Assembly (NCBI GenBank): GCA_965222615.1
Contig: CBDCUI010000008.1
Location: 480,001 to 544,000, forward strand
Origin: Gammaproteobacteria bacterium
GTDB lineage: Bacteria > Pseudomonadota > Gammaproteobacteria > UBA4575
Length of the DNA: 64,000 nt
Reading direction: 5' to 3'
Shown: positions 1 through 9,139 of the stretch, in pieces
How the letters are laid out: the number at the start of each line of letters is the position of its first letter
Position numbering within the stretch: the stretch's first letter is position 1
Made by a program: the position numbers and the translations under genes
Notes under the pieces: generated by a model
Seen by the model: the letters and a program-made list of their open reading frames with translations, nothing else
Databases searched by the model: none
What the model was told of the DNA's origin: nothing

Positions 1-344
1 AGTTTGCTACTGCAGAAAATCTTGCAGAATTTGAAGCGCGTCGTGCGGAGTTAGAAAAACTTGCTGCCGATTCATTGACGACAGCGCAAGCACGTAAAGC
101 CGAGCTAGATGGCAGTACAATTACAATTACTGCAAAAACCTCAGGGGAGGAAGGTAAAATATTTGGTTCAGTAGGGACCGTTGATATAGCAAATGCATTA
201 AATGAGGCTGGCAAACACGTTGAAAAGAAAGAAATACGCTTGCCTTCAGGGGCATTTAGGCATGTTGGCGAATATCAAGTCGACATACATTTACATACAG
301 ATGTCAATGCCACAATAAATTTAGAAATTGTTGGAGAAGAGTAA
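1..344 (+). CDS. rplI: 50S ribosomal protein L9 (5' truncated by window edge)
   Basis: Frame is open from base 3 (FATAENLAEFEARRAELEK...). C-terminal L9 motifs GKIFGSV and IRLPSGAFRHVGEY are present; directly upstream of dnaB. Confidence 0.97.
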   Translation, partial: FATAENLAEFEARRAELEKLAADSLTTAQARKAELDGSTITITAKTSGEEGKIFGSVGTVDIANALNEAGKHVEKKEIRLPSGAFRHVGEYQVDIHLHTDVNATINLEIVGEE

Positions 345-377
345 TATAAGGCATCAAATTTTTTGTAGAATACTTTT

Positions 378-1793
378 GTGGCAGAACTAACAACCATCGG
401 TACAGACTTTAATGCAACCAATACAGAAAGCCTGCGCACGCCCCCCTATTCATTAGAAGCTGAGCAAGCTGTCCTTGGCGGGTTGTTACTAGATAATAGC
501 GCTTGGGATCAAATTGCTGACAAGCTAAATGAGACAGATTTTCATTTATTTGATCATCGTTTAATTTTTCGCGCCATCGATGAACTGGTCGACAAGTGTC
601 AGCCCTTTGATGTGCTCACGTTATCTGACCTGCTACGTCAAAGGAGTGAAATTAAAGATACCAATATTCTGGCTTATCTGGGGAGCCTTGCTAATGAGAT
701 TCCCAGTGCAGCAAATATCACTGCTTATGCAGATATCGTTAGAGAAAAATCCGTATTGCGTCAGTTAGTACAAGTTGGTACGGAAATAGCCTCCAGTGGT
801 TATTCACAAGACGGCAAAGAAATTAATCAACTTCTTGATGAGGCCGAGCAAAAAATATTTCAAATTACCGATCGTAGTGCGCAAGTAGGACAAGGCTTTG
901 TCAATATTAAATCACTATTGAAAACCACAGTTGAACAGATTGATGAGTTATTTGAACGCGATGACCATATAACAGGAATTCCGAGTGGTTTTGATGAATT
1001 TGATGAAAAAACTGCGGGTTTGCAAGATGGCGAATTGATTATTATAGCGGGTCGTCCCTCTATGGGTAAAACCAGCTTAGCAATGAACATCGTTGAGTAT
1101 GCAGCACTACGTAATAAAGCATGCGTAGCTATTTTTAGTATGGAAATGCCGGCCCGCTCTTTAACAATGCGAATGCTGTCTTCAATGGGTCGTATTGATC
1201 AACAACGGGTGCGTACTGGTAAGTTAACAGATGATGATTGGCCACGTTTGACTAGTGCAGTATCCATGTTATCGGAAGCGAATTTATATATTGATGATTC
1301 TGCCGCACTTTCTCCAACTGAATTACGTGCAAGGGCACGTCGTTTAAAACGTGAACATAATTTATCGTTAATTGTCGTTGATTATTTACAGCTGATGAAG
1401 ATCAGTGGTACATCTGAAAATCGTGCTACAGAAATCTCTGAGATTTCACGTTCTTTAAAGGCATTGGCCAAAGAATTAAATGTGCCCATCATTGCCCTAT
1501 CTCAGTTGAACCGAAGTTTAGAACAGCGTACTGATAAAAGACCGGTGATGTCTGATTTGCGAGAGTCAGGCGCGATTGAGCAAGACGCCGATCTAATTGT
1601 GTTTATCTATCGAGATGAGGTGTATAACGAAGATTCTCCAGAGCAAGGGACAGCAGAAATTATTGTAGGTAAGCAACGCAATGGTCCTATATTCAAAACT
1701 CGACTTACTTTTTTAGGCCAGTACACGCGATTTGAAAACTATGTTCCTGAAATCTATACCGGAGAAAATTTTAGCGGAGATAGCTTTACATGA
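378..1793 (+). CDS. dnaB: Replicative DNA helicase
   Basis: PPYSLEAEQAVLGGLLL, Walker A GRPSMGKT, DYLQL, SDLRESGAIEQDAD, KQRNGP. Confidence 0.99.
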   Translation: MAELTTIGTDFNATNTESLRTPPYSLEAEQAVLGGLLLDNSAWDQIADKLNETDFHLFDHRLIFRAIDELVDKCQPFDVLTLSDLLRQRSEIKDTNILAYLGSLANEIPSAANITAYADIVREKSVLRQLVQVGTEIASSGYSQDGKEINQLLDEAEQKIFQITDRSAQVGQGFVNIKSLLKTTVEQIDELFERDDHITGIPSGFDEFDEKTAGLQDGELIIIAGRPSMGKTSLAMNIVEYAALRNKACVAIFSMEMPARSLTMRMLSSMGRIDQQRVRTGKLTDDDWPRLTSAVSMLSEANLYIDDSAALSPTELRARARRLKREHNLSLIVVDYLQLMKISGTSENRATEISEISRSLKALAKELNVPIIALSQLNRSLEQRTDKRPVMSDLRESGAIEQDADLIVFIYRDEVYNEDSPEQGTAEIIVGKQRNGPIFKTRLTFLGQYTRFENYVPEIYTGENFSGDSFT

Positions 1794-2872
1794 GGCGAGC
1801 GGCGTACGCGCTGATTAACCTTTCTTATCTAAAAAACAATCTTGCAATCACAAGAAAGATTGTAAGTTCTTGCAAAATTATGGCAGTGGTTAAGGCCGAT
1901 GCCTATGGTCATGGGGTATTACAAGTTTGTAAAAGTTTGTCTGCTGCAGATGCATTTGGTGTGGCATATATAAGTGAAGCAATGGAATTACGTGAAAGCG
2001 GGGTGGGTAAACCAGTTTTGGCATTACAGGGATTTAATACAAGCAAAGAGCTAGACCTTGCGATAACGAATGACATTCAAGTTGTTATTCATCAATCTGA
2101 ACAATTAAAAATATTACAAAGTGTTTCGCTTACAAAGCCCTTAGATGTATACGTTAAGCTCGATACGGGTATGCATCGCCTTGGTTTTGAGCCAGTGTTA
2201 TTTAAACAAATTATCACCGAAATAAAATCCATTTTGCCAGCGAAATCCAATCTAAGTGTGATGACTCATTTAGCTTGTACAGATGAGGTGAATAATTCCG
2301 CCACACAACAACAATTAGCCGAATTTGATCATGCCCTGGTTGATCAGTATTACACACAAAGTGTGGCGAATTCCGCGGGGATTTTGGCGTGGCCACAATC
2401 TCATCGTGATTGGGTGCGACCGGGATTGATGCTCTATGGCCTAAATCCGTTGCAAGAGGCAGATGGACTGAGCATGCCGGGAAAAATACGGCCTGTGATG
2501 AGTCTTCGTGCCCCTTTTATTTCGATAAAGATTTGTAAAAAAGGCGCTAGAATTGGTTATGGTGGCGATTATTGTTGTCCCCGTGATATGGTCATAGGTG
2601 TGGTAGCCGCGGGTTACGCAGATGGGTACCCTCGGCATTTATCCCAAGCACCTAAATGTATGGTCCATGGGAAGCTTGTATCAATTGTTGGGCGGGTTTC
2701 AATGGATATGATTACGGTAGATCTATCAAACGTACAGGCAAAAGTGGGTGATGAGGTTGAGCTATGGGGAGAGCATGTTTCGGTAACGGATATCGCAAGG
2801 GATGCTGAAACCATTAGCTATGAGTTGTTGTGTGCTGCAGGCAACGCTGTGCATCGAAAGTACGTAGAATGA
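1790..2872 (+). CDS. alr: Alanine racemase
   Basis: AVVKADAYGHG PLP lysine, KLDTGMHRLG, GYADG, GRVSMD; ATGA overlap with dnaB. Confidence 0.98.
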   Translation: MRRAAYALINLSYLKNNLAITRKIVSSCKIMAVVKADAYGHGVLQVCKSLSAADAFGVAYISEAMELRESGVGKPVLALQGFNTSKELDLAITNDIQVVIHQSEQLKILQSVSLTKPLDVYVKLDTGMHRLGFEPVLFKQIITEIKSILPAKSNLSVMTHLACTDEVNNSATQQQLAEFDHALVDQYYTQSVANSAGILAWPQSHRDWVRPGLMLYGLNPLQEADGLSMPGKIRPVMSLRAPFISIKICKKGARIGYGGDYCCPRDMVIGVVAAGYADGYPRHLSQAPKCMVHGKLVSIVGRVSMDMITVDLSNVQAKVGDEVELWGEHVSVTDIARDAETISYELLCAAGNAVHRKYVE

Positions 2873-2909
2873 GTTCTCTATATAAAAATATATTTTTGGG
2901 TGGTCTAGC

Positions 2910-4571
2910 ATGGAAAAAGTTTGGTTAAAAAGCTATCCACAAGGTATTCCTGAAAATACCAATTTAGATCAATATAAATCTTTAGCACATATGTTTGATG
3001 AAAGTGCTGAACGGTATAGTTCGCTTCCTGCGTTTGCCAATATGGGGACCAGTTTAAGTTTTTCTGAACTTAATATCGAAAGCTATAACTTTGCTGCATA
3101 TTTACAGGCAGAACTGGGGCTAAGTAAAGGTGAACGCGTGGCCATTATGTTGCCAAATCTTTTACAGTTTCCGGTTGCAATGTACGGAGTCTTGCGTGCG
3201 GGCTTGGTGGCGGTTGATGTGAACCCTTTATATACTTCTCATGAACTTGGACATTACTTAAAAGATTCCGGTGCAAAAGCGATTGTAATACTAGAGAATT
3301 TTGCAGATGTATTGGCTGAAGTTATTAATGACACACCAGTAGAACATGTAATTCTTACACGTGTAGGTGATTTACTAAGCTTTCCAAAGTCTGCAATTGT
3401 TAACTTTGTTTTAAAGTATATACAGAAAAAAATTCCAAAATATAAATTAAGCAAGATCATCCCATTTAAAGAAGTCCTTGCAGTAGGGCAACAAAGACAA
3501 CTTGCAAAACCTGAAATCACTAAAGACGATCTTGCCTTTTTGCAATTTACAGGGGGTACAACGGGTTTAGCCAAAGGCGCAATGCTGACACATGGAAATT
3601 TGCTGGCTAATGTTTCTCAAGCAGAAGCATGGTTTAAACCGATTCTTGAAGAAGAGAAAGAAATTGTAATCACTGCATTACCGCTGTATCACATTTTCTC
3701 TTTGACTGCGAACTGTTTTTTATTTACGCGTATTGGTGGTTTAAATTACTTGATTACTAACCCGCGCGATATGAAAGGCTTTGTTAAAGAGTTAGGTAAA
3801 GTTAAATTTTCAGTGATTACTGGTGTAAATACGTTGTTTAATGGTTTGTTAAATACAGAAGGTTTTGCTGATTTAGATTTTTCGAATCTCAAAGTAACGC
3901 TTGGTGGTGGCATGGCCGTGCAGGAATCTGTTGCCGAAGAATGGCACCAAGTCACCGGAAATGTTTTAGCTGAAGCATATGGTTTAACGGAAGCTTCCCC
4001 TGCCGTTACTATTAACCCAATTACTTTAGAAAAATATAATGGTTCAATTGGATTACCCATTCCAAATACAGAAATTTCTATACAAGACGACGAAGGTAAG
4101 CATCTAGGAATTGGAGAAGCCGGCGAACTTTGTGTACGCGGACCTCAAGTTATGAAGGGTTATTGGAATCGCCCAGAAGAAACCAAAGCCGTATTAAGTG
4201 ATGAGGGTTGGTTACGAACAGGTGATATTGCCACAGTGGATGAACAAGGTTTTGTGCGAATTGTAGATCGTAAAAAGGATATGATCTTGGTTTCCGGATT
4301 TAATGTTTATCCTAACGAAATTGAAAATGTAGTTGCAGCCCATGCAGGAGTGTTGGAAGTGGCTGCGGTAGGGGTTGATGATGAAGAGTCAGGTGAAGTC
4401 GTCAAGCTATTTATCGTCAAGAAAGATCCCAATTTGACCGAGGAAGATGTGTTAGAGCATTGTAAGGACCGCCTGACACGCTATAAATGGCCTAAGCATA
4501 TCGAGTTTCGTGAGGAGTTACCCAAGACCAACGTCGGTAAAATCCTGCGTCGCGCACTTCGTGACGAGTAG
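2910..4571 (+). CDS. fadD: Long-chain fatty acid-CoA ligase
   Basis: FTGGTTGLAKG AMP-binding loop, YGLTE, TGDIA, DRKKDMILVSGFNVYPNE, LPKTNVGKILRR. Confidence 0.93.
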   Translation: MEKVWLKSYPQGIPENTNLDQYKSLAHMFDESAERYSSLPAFANMGTSLSFSELNIESYNFAAYLQAELGLSKGERVAIMLPNLLQFPVAMYGVLRAGLVAVDVNPLYTSHELGHYLKDSGAKAIVILENFADVLAEVINDTPVEHVILTRVGDLLSFPKSAIVNFVLKYIQKKIPKYKLSKIIPFKEVLAVGQQRQLAKPEITKDDLAFLQFTGGTTGLAKGAMLTHGNLLANVSQAEAWFKPILEEEKEIVITALPLYHIFSLTANCFLFTRIGGLNYLITNPRDMKGFVKELGKVKFSVITGVNTLFNGLLNTEGFADLDFSNLKVTLGGGMAVQESVAEEWHQVTGNVLAEAYGLTEASPAVTINPITLEKYNGSIGLPIPNTEISIQDDEGKHLGIGEAGELCVRGPQVMKGYWNRPEETKAVLSDEGWLRTGDIATVDEQGFVRIVDRKKDMILVSGFNVYPNEIENVVAAHAGVLEVAAVGVDDEESGEVVKLFIVKKDPNLTEEDVLEHCKDRLTRYKWPKHIEFREELPKTNVGKILRRALRDE

Positions 4572-4684
4572 TAAAGACTCAGTTGCCCCAAGGTAGTTAG
4601 AGTTGAAAAGAAAAGAAATACTGGATTTTTGTTCAAATTCCCATCAAATTTTGAGGTATTTGACTAAAATGTGACGAAATTCCG

Positions 4685-5281
4685 TTGATCCTACCTCGGA
4701 TATCCGTAACTATAGCCAAATCATCTCATTCCCCAAACAAGGCCTTTGCGGGCGATGGCAAAGCATTAGGAGTTGGTAATAATTTGAAATCGTACGAGCA
4801 GACAGAAGATGCCAAAGATGCCCAGCTTGCAATAGAGCGCCGTGATCGTACGGATCGCCGTAGACCGTCGTTAAAAGGGTTTGTCTATGGTTTATTTCGC
4901 GCGCGACGCAGAGGTCCTAGAAGAGCGGAAAATTATTTAAGCCACCACACCGATTGGTACGATGTAAAACTCTTGGTGCTATCCCTGAGTTTACTTTTGC
5001 TTTCTTGTCTAGATGCTGCCATGACCATGAAGTTATTGTCTTTTGGTGCAGTTGAGATAAATCCTATTATGGATGAGTTATTGAAGCAGGGGACGAAGTA
5101 TTTTGTGGCGATTAAAATTGCAGTTACTGCATTGTGCATTATCGTATTAGTAGCACATAATCGGTTTAAAATATTTAATACTGTCCGTGTAGATATATTG
5201 TTAATCGCAGCAGTATTTATTTATCTAGGGTTAGTTACTTATGAGTTCTACCTCTTCACTCTAGGTGCACCAACTGTTTAG
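4685..5281 (+). CDS. Membrane protein, DUF5658-like, with N-terminal ERR..DRR arginine-rich motif
   Basis: Three hydrophobic segments and LDAAMT..L..GAVEINPIM. The real start is probably TTG at 4784, after AGGAG at 4768. Confidence 0.6.
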   Translation: MILPRISVTIAKSSHSPNKAFAGDGKALGVGNNLKSYEQTEDAKDAQLAIERRDRTDRRRPSLKGFVYGLFRARRRGPRRAENYLSHHTDWYDVKLLVLSLSLLLLSCLDAAMTMKLLSFGAVEINPIMDELLKQGTKYFVAIKIAVTALCIIVLVAHNRFKIFNTVRVDILLIAAVFIYLGLVTYEFYLFTLGAPTV

Positions 5282-5290
5282 TATTAATAC

Positions 5291-5635
5291 TTAGTGCAAG
5301 TTTTCATTTGAATCACGACGAATTTTAGAGAGCTGTTTTTTCCAAAGAGTTATATTTTCAGGATTAATACCTTTTTCTATGCTATCTAGCCATTGATCAT
5401 GGCAATACATAACAAGCTCTAAACCATCATCAGTAAAATCTGAAAGTTTTATTTCAAAACTTTGCCATTCTTCAATATTTTTGGGCATGTTTTGTTTAAA
5501 TAGTTTGCTTTCAATTAAGAAGCCAAGAAGTGGCTCATAACGAGACTTGAATTTTTTAATGGCATCCATTTGAGCAGCACTGTCCATGTCCGCATAGATG
5601 TACCATTTACACGCATCGATTATGAATTCTTTCAT
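5291..5635 (-). CDS. Hypothetical protein (114 aa)
   Basis: Clean ATG-started ORF filling an intergenic gap; no motif securely recognised. Confidence 0.6.
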   Translation of the reverse strand: MKEFIIDACKWYIYADMDSAAQMDAIKKFKSRYEPLLGFLIESKLFKQNMPKNIEEWQSFEIKLSDFTDDGLELVMYCHDQWLDSIEKGINPENITLWKKQLSKIRRDSNENLH

Positions 5636-5800
5636 CGAGCATCCTTTTGTATATGTTATTTCCTTATAAAATGATGGCTCACTTATTGTTTAAGAAAACC
5701 ATAGGCGTATTGTTGTGGTAACAGGCTGGTAAATTCAATAACTGATATAGCAAGTTGTCTGTCAATAATTACCACTTGTCCTGGTTTAATATTTTTTAAC

Positions 5801-6565
5801 TTATACTTTAACGATCACAGAGTTGAAAAACCGTGAATAAACTTGTAAGGCTAAATCTTTGGCGTGGCCCAAATGTTCAGCGAGGGCAAGGTCAATTCCA
5901 CGAAAGTTGATATCGGTTGGACTACCTTGTTTATCATCAGATATATACAGAGGCGAATCACGATTCGTCAATAAAAAAGTTCTAGATATTGTGTTTTCAA
6001 CGGGTATATCAAGTGACATATAGTTAAGTGATGAAGCATGTTGTTTCGCATGTTGCTTGGCTGCAGTTGTAATATCGTCAAAGCGTGCAGATAAGACATC
6101 ACCTTGTTGATTTCCAAACCATTTATTTAATTGCTTACTTTGAATATTTAAGATCTCATCACCATGGATACTACCTAGTTCACTGATTGCATAAACGTAA
6201 AAGGTATAAAGTTGATATAGTTTTATCGAATTTTGAAAAACGGATAAAAATGCTTGTGGAGTAGAATCATCTGCTTTTACTGAATAGTTGAAAGGTGGTA
6301 AGTCATTGAGTAGTAGATGAAGTGGGTAGAATGCAACATTCTTAATGGTTCGTACCTCGCTTTTTAAGGCTTCATCTTCTGGGCCTAAGTGGTATTCCTG
6401 TAAACTAAGCAGGGCCGAAGATTTGCGATTTGCGACTTCATTAGCGGTGAGCCCCCATAAATCTGGGTAGTTGTCTTTATTTTTAGGCTGCGGTAAAGCC
6501 ACTGAAATTCTCCTCAAATGTAAGGTATTTCTGAGATTTAAAGCTGATTTTAGAAGTGGAGGCAA
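5801..6565 (-). CDS. Hypothetical protein (254 aa)
   Basis: Long non-overlapping ORF; start uncertain (TTG); no family recognised. Confidence 0.55.
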   Translation of the reverse strand: MPPLLKSALNLRNTLHLRRISVALPQPKNKDNYPDLWGLTANEVANRKSSALLSLQEYHLGPEDEALKSEVRTIKNVAFYPLHLLLNDLPPFNYSVKADDSTPQAFLSVFQNSIKLYQLYTFYVYAISELGSIHGDEILNIQSKQLNKWFGNQQGDVLSARFDDITTAAKQHAKQHASSLNYMSLDIPVENTISRTFLLTNRDSPLYISDDKQGSPTDINFRGIDLALAEHLGHAKDLALQVYSRFFNSVIVKV

Positions 6566-6776
6566 TTAGGACGCTACCGGCACGAGATCACACGTCATAT
6601 CTAATAGATGGATGGATTCAGTATATTTTCTCTAGTTGTGTAAACTCAGAAATTGACTAAATTTGTAGCTATGCCAGATGATTATAGAGATCAAATGGCG
6701 GAGACGGCCTATCCAATCTAATGGCAAAGGGTTAATATGAGGACATTCTGCAAATCTTACAATAAAGCAAAGTAAC

Positions 6777-7307
6777 ATGAGTGCAGCAAAAAAATCTATT
6801 AATGCTATGCTGAAATCAGAGAAAACTGATCTAGCTAATGGAAAGCTGATGGATAAGCAAAAAACTAGTGAGTTAGATACGCTTGATCAAATTAGGGAAA
6901 TGCTCTTTGGTGAGCAAGTTGCTGCATTGCATGAGAAATGTCAATTTTTAGATAGTAATCTAGAAAAAAATATTTCAGCTTTAAGAACTGAAATGAAATC
7001 TTCTATAGATGAGTTGAAGACATATATCGAGAAAAATATTGATCAGCTACAGAAACGTATCAATTCTGAAGAAACAGAACGAGAAGGCCTAGATGAGCGT
7101 CTTAGTACTTCACTAACTAATATTCACTCAGATATCAGCACAATGATTGATCTTGAAGCCAAACGGATTGATGAGGTGATCGAGCAGCATCACCAGGAGT
7201 ATGTACATCAGCTGGGTAAAGTAACTGAATCTTTAGTCAGTAAATTAGATAGAAAATCACTGGCTCAACTTTTTAATCAATTTGCTGATAACTTAGAAGG
7301 CTCATAA
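6777..7307 (+). CDS. Helical/coiled-coil hypothetical protein
   Basis: Heptad-rich E/K/L composition; LDQIREMLFGEQ motif; first gene of a 3-gene run. Confidence 0.75.
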   Translation: MSAAKKSINAMLKSEKTDLANGKLMDKQKTSELDTLDQIREMLFGEQVAALHEKCQFLDSNLEKNISALRTEMKSSIDELKTYIEKNIDQLQKRINSEETEREGLDERLSTSLTNIHSDISTMIDLEAKRIDEVIEQHHQEYVHQLGKVTESLVSKLDRKSLAQLFNQFADNLEGS

Positions 7308-7342
7308 GCGAAGTTATTGATGCTTCGCATCTGGCGAGAGTC

Positions 7343-9136
7343 ATGTTGCAGTCCCAAAAAAGTAATCGAGACACGAGTCTAAAGTCAAACCGTAGGCAAG
7401 CGACAGGCTTGAATGATCTAGACCAACTGCGCAAGTTACTTTTAGGAAGTGAATATCATGAACTTCTCGAGTTGCAGCGCGAGTTTTCAGATCATTCACA
7501 TACCAGCAAAAAAATTTCTGAAGTTATCTCTGAAGCTATTGCGCTGCGTTCAAAGCAGGATAATTCCCTAACCTATGCGCTAGCACCTTCTGTTGAAGAG
7601 GCAATTCATAGTTCGGTGAAGCGCAATCCAAGGCGATTAGCCAATGCTTTATTTCCAGTTATTGGACCAGCGATTAGAGAATCAGTTGCGGAAACGGTCA
7701 GTTCCATGATGCAGCAGGTGAACCAAGCTCTGGAAAACAGCTTTAGCATACGCTCGATTAAGTGGCGTATCGATGCATTACGTACTGATCGTACATTTGC
7801 AGAAGTTATGTTATCTGAAACTGTGCTTTACCAGGTAGAGCAAGTGTTTCTAATCCACCGTGAATCTGGTTTATTAATTAATCACCTTACCTCTAAAGAA
7901 GCAATTGTTAAAGATCCGGATATGGTTTCCGGCATGCTTACTGCAGTGACGGATTTTGTTAAAGATTCCTTCGTTGTTGATAAGCAACAAAATGTCAAAT
8001 CAATTAAATTCGGGCAGCTTAATTTATTATTTGAGGCGGGTCCTTATGCAATTCTTGTTGCTGCAGTTCGTGGTATCACGCCGCCGGATCTACAGATTAC
8101 ACTGCGCGAGCAGATAGAAGAGCTACATAGGTTATATAGTATGCAGCTCGAAACCTACGACGGGGAAGCACAGCAATTTCCCGACACCTATCCACAGTTA
8201 AACCGATGTCTATTAAGGAAAAGTATAAAAGAGTCGAGTGATAATCAAAGTAATATACCTTGGGCTGCAATTGTTACATTAAGTCTGCTTCTACTATTAC
8301 CTCTTGCTTGGTTAATCTTTCAAAAGATTGAGCAGTCTAGCGAGCAGTCTCAATGGAATAGTATTGTACAAGAGTTTCAACAGGAGCCCGGAGTAGTTAT
8401 TTTAGATTATCAAAAGCGAGATGGTGGATATATTGTAAGGGGATTGCGTGATTCACTGTCAAGAGATCCGCATGAGATTAGTTCAGCTATACAGGAATTC
8501 GAGCACCCAATCACCTGGAAATGGCAATCCTATTTTTCTAACGAAAAAAACATAGTATTACAGCGAATCAACAAGGTAATTGAACCACCACCAACCGTAA
8601 ATATCGATTACGACCGAGGAAAGTTAATATTATCTGGTAAAGCAGATTCAAATTGGATTGCAGAGCTATCGGCTAAGTTACCCTATGTTTGGGGTGTGCA
8701 AGAAATAGATTCGAGTGGACTTAAATCTAAGCTCGATTTCGAGCTGAAGTTACGACAGTTCATCGGTTCTCTTGAATCGATAGTCTTGGAATATCAGCCA
8801 AATGTATATGAACTAAAGCCTAATCAGTATAAGAAATTATCTGAAGTAGCAGAGTTAATTAGTGGGATAAATGAGGTTGCGGAAATGAAAAACGTCCAAT
8901 TAAAAATTGGGATTTTAGGTTTTGCGGATAAAACAGGCATAACCACAGTCAATCGCGAACTTAGTGAAAGACGTGCTCGAACTGTTCATGATGCGTTATT
9001 GAAGTTTGGTGTTCCTGAAGACTTAATGCTCGCGCAAGGATTGGGAGAGTTCGGATCTCGGGCGCGAGTTGCAAAATCTGCTAGTTGTGTGCATCAGCGT
9101 TGTGTAATATTTGAAGCTTATCCAAATCGGTTTTAA
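7343..9136 (+). CDS. Membrane-anchored OmpA-like peptidoglycan-binding protein with a large cytoplasmic N-terminal domain
   Basis: One TM segment (PWAAIVTLSLLLLLPLAWLIF). C-terminal OmpA_C motif GFADKTG...NRELSERRA...V...QRCV. Confidence 0.8.
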   Translation: MLQSQKSNRDTSLKSNRRQATGLNDLDQLRKLLLGSEYHELLELQREFSDHSHTSKKISEVISEAIALRSKQDNSLTYALAPSVEEAIHSSVKRNPRRLANALFPVIGPAIRESVAETVSSMMQQVNQALENSFSIRSIKWRIDALRTDRTFAEVMLSETVLYQVEQVFLIHRESGLLINHLTSKEAIVKDPDMVSGMLTAVTDFVKDSFVVDKQQNVKSIKFGQLNLLFEAGPYAILVAAVRGITPPDLQITLREQIEELHRLYSMQLETYDGEAQQFPDTYPQLNRCLLRKSIKESSDNQSNIPWAAIVTLSLLLLLPLAWLIFQKIEQSSEQSQWNSIVQEFQQEPGVVILDYQKRDGGYIVRGLRDSLSRDPHEISSAIQEFEHPITWKWQSYFSNEKNIVLQRINKVIEPPPTVNIDYDRGKLILSGKADSNWIAELSAKLPYVWGVQEIDSSGLKSKLDFELKLRQFIGSLESIVLEYQPNVYELKPNQYKKLSEVAELISGINEVAEMKNVQLKIGILGFADKTGITTVNRELSERRARTVHDALLKFGVPEDLMLAQGLGEFGSRARVAKSASCVHQRCVIFEAYPNRF

Positions 9137-9139
9137 TTT

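Noticed and set aside
6701-6734. Second ECF promoter candidate (TAACCC...CGTCTC, minus strand)
   Set aside because: The spacer is 22 nt, too long.
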